Source: the human T2T-CHM13v2.0 reference genome, Homo sapiens
Assembly: GCF_009914755.1 (NCBI RefSeq)
Contig: NC_060930.1
Strand: one strand, 5' to 3'
Length of the DNA: 64,000 bases
The notes below the pieces were generated by a model that made no database searches, was not told the origin of the DNA, and saw nothing but the letters and a program-made list of their open reading frames with translations. Below, piece after piece: positions 63,063-64,000 of the stretch; the stretch's first letter is position 1, and every line of letters starts with the position of its first letter. Position numbers and translations under genes: made by a program.

Positions 63063-64000
63063 TAGAGATGGGGTTTCTCCATGTTGGTCAGGCTGGTCTC
63101 GAACTGCCGACCTCAGGTGATTTGCCTGCCTTGGCCTCCCAAAGTGTTGGGATTACAGGCGTGAGCCACCACACACGGCCTACACATGTAGTTTTTAAAC
63201 TCCAACTTTTACTTTACTGCAATCTACCTTCCCAAACCTCCAACTTAAATGTCTTTAGCAACACACAAAAAAACTTCCTTCCCAGTTGGCCTCAGGTTTA
63301 TAGTCACTTTTCTATATTAATATTCTGAAGATTTTGTAAGAGCTTTATGCTACCAATGCTTTGCTATCTCCCAAACTGCACTGACTATTCAAGCTTCTCT
63401 GGTGCCTTAAGGTCTTATTAAAAAAAATTTTTTTTGTAGTGATGGAGTCTCATGCTGTTGCCCAGGCTAGAATGCAGTGGCGTGATCATAGCACACTGCA
63501 GCCTTGAAATCCTGGGCTCAAGCAATCCTCCTGCCTCAGCCTGAGTAGTTGGGACTACAGGTGCCAGCCAACACATCCGGCTAATTTTAAAATTTTTTAT
63601 AGACACAGGGTCCCACTATGTTGCCCAGGCTGATCTTGAATCCCTAGGCTCAAGTGCTCCTCCTGCCTTGGCCTCCCAAAGTGTGGGGATGACAGGTGTG
63701 AGCCACTGCACCCGGCCATAAGGCCTTATTTTAAAGCAAATGTAAGTTCGATTATCAGCAAATCACCAATTTTCTGTGATATAATAATCTAAGGGCAAAG
63801 CAGTTTCCTTATAAGGCTAAACTGGTAAGAGTACAGGTTTCAAAAGAAAAGAATGGGCAGTAACGAAGTCCACTTATAAGCTGGGACTGCTCTGCAGCAG
63901 CTAAATAGTTTCCCTGTGGACACGCAGAGCAAATTCAGAATTAAAGGGGGTTGTAAACCCACCTGTTTGTTGGCTCTTTTGAGATAGCTACAAGCTCTCC

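Overview
Human genomic DNA, recognisable as the 6p21.31 colipase cluster plus LHFPL5. Human origin is supported by an AluYb8/9 arm and a very young L1. Four intact spliced genes can be rebuilt with GT-AG junctions: CLPSL2 (+, 100 aa), CLPSL1 (+, 121 aa), CLPS/procolipase (-, 112 aa) and LHFPL5/TMHS (+, 219 aa; stop codon in a 27-nt micro-exon, then a non-coding last exon). The rest is dense interspersed repeat: roughly 70-75 Alus by eye, ERV1/ERVL/MaLR LTRs, Tigger and hAT remnants, old L1M pieces, and a young 5'-truncated L1 with a 15-bp TSD. The window opens in what looks like a processed-pseudogene 3' UTR. Nearly all other listed ORFs are Alu or GC-rich artefacts. This is a well-studied locus and I see no wholly new gene system. 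The best leads are: three locally templated insertion or fold-back scars in LHFPL5 intron 1; a near-consensus REST/RE1 site in the LHFPL5 promoter; an odd 11th cysteine in both CLPSL1 and CLPSL2; transposon-derived candidate alternative exons in both CLPSL genes; and two young retrotransposon insertions. Repeat family names are from memory of consensus sequences and were not verified by a search.
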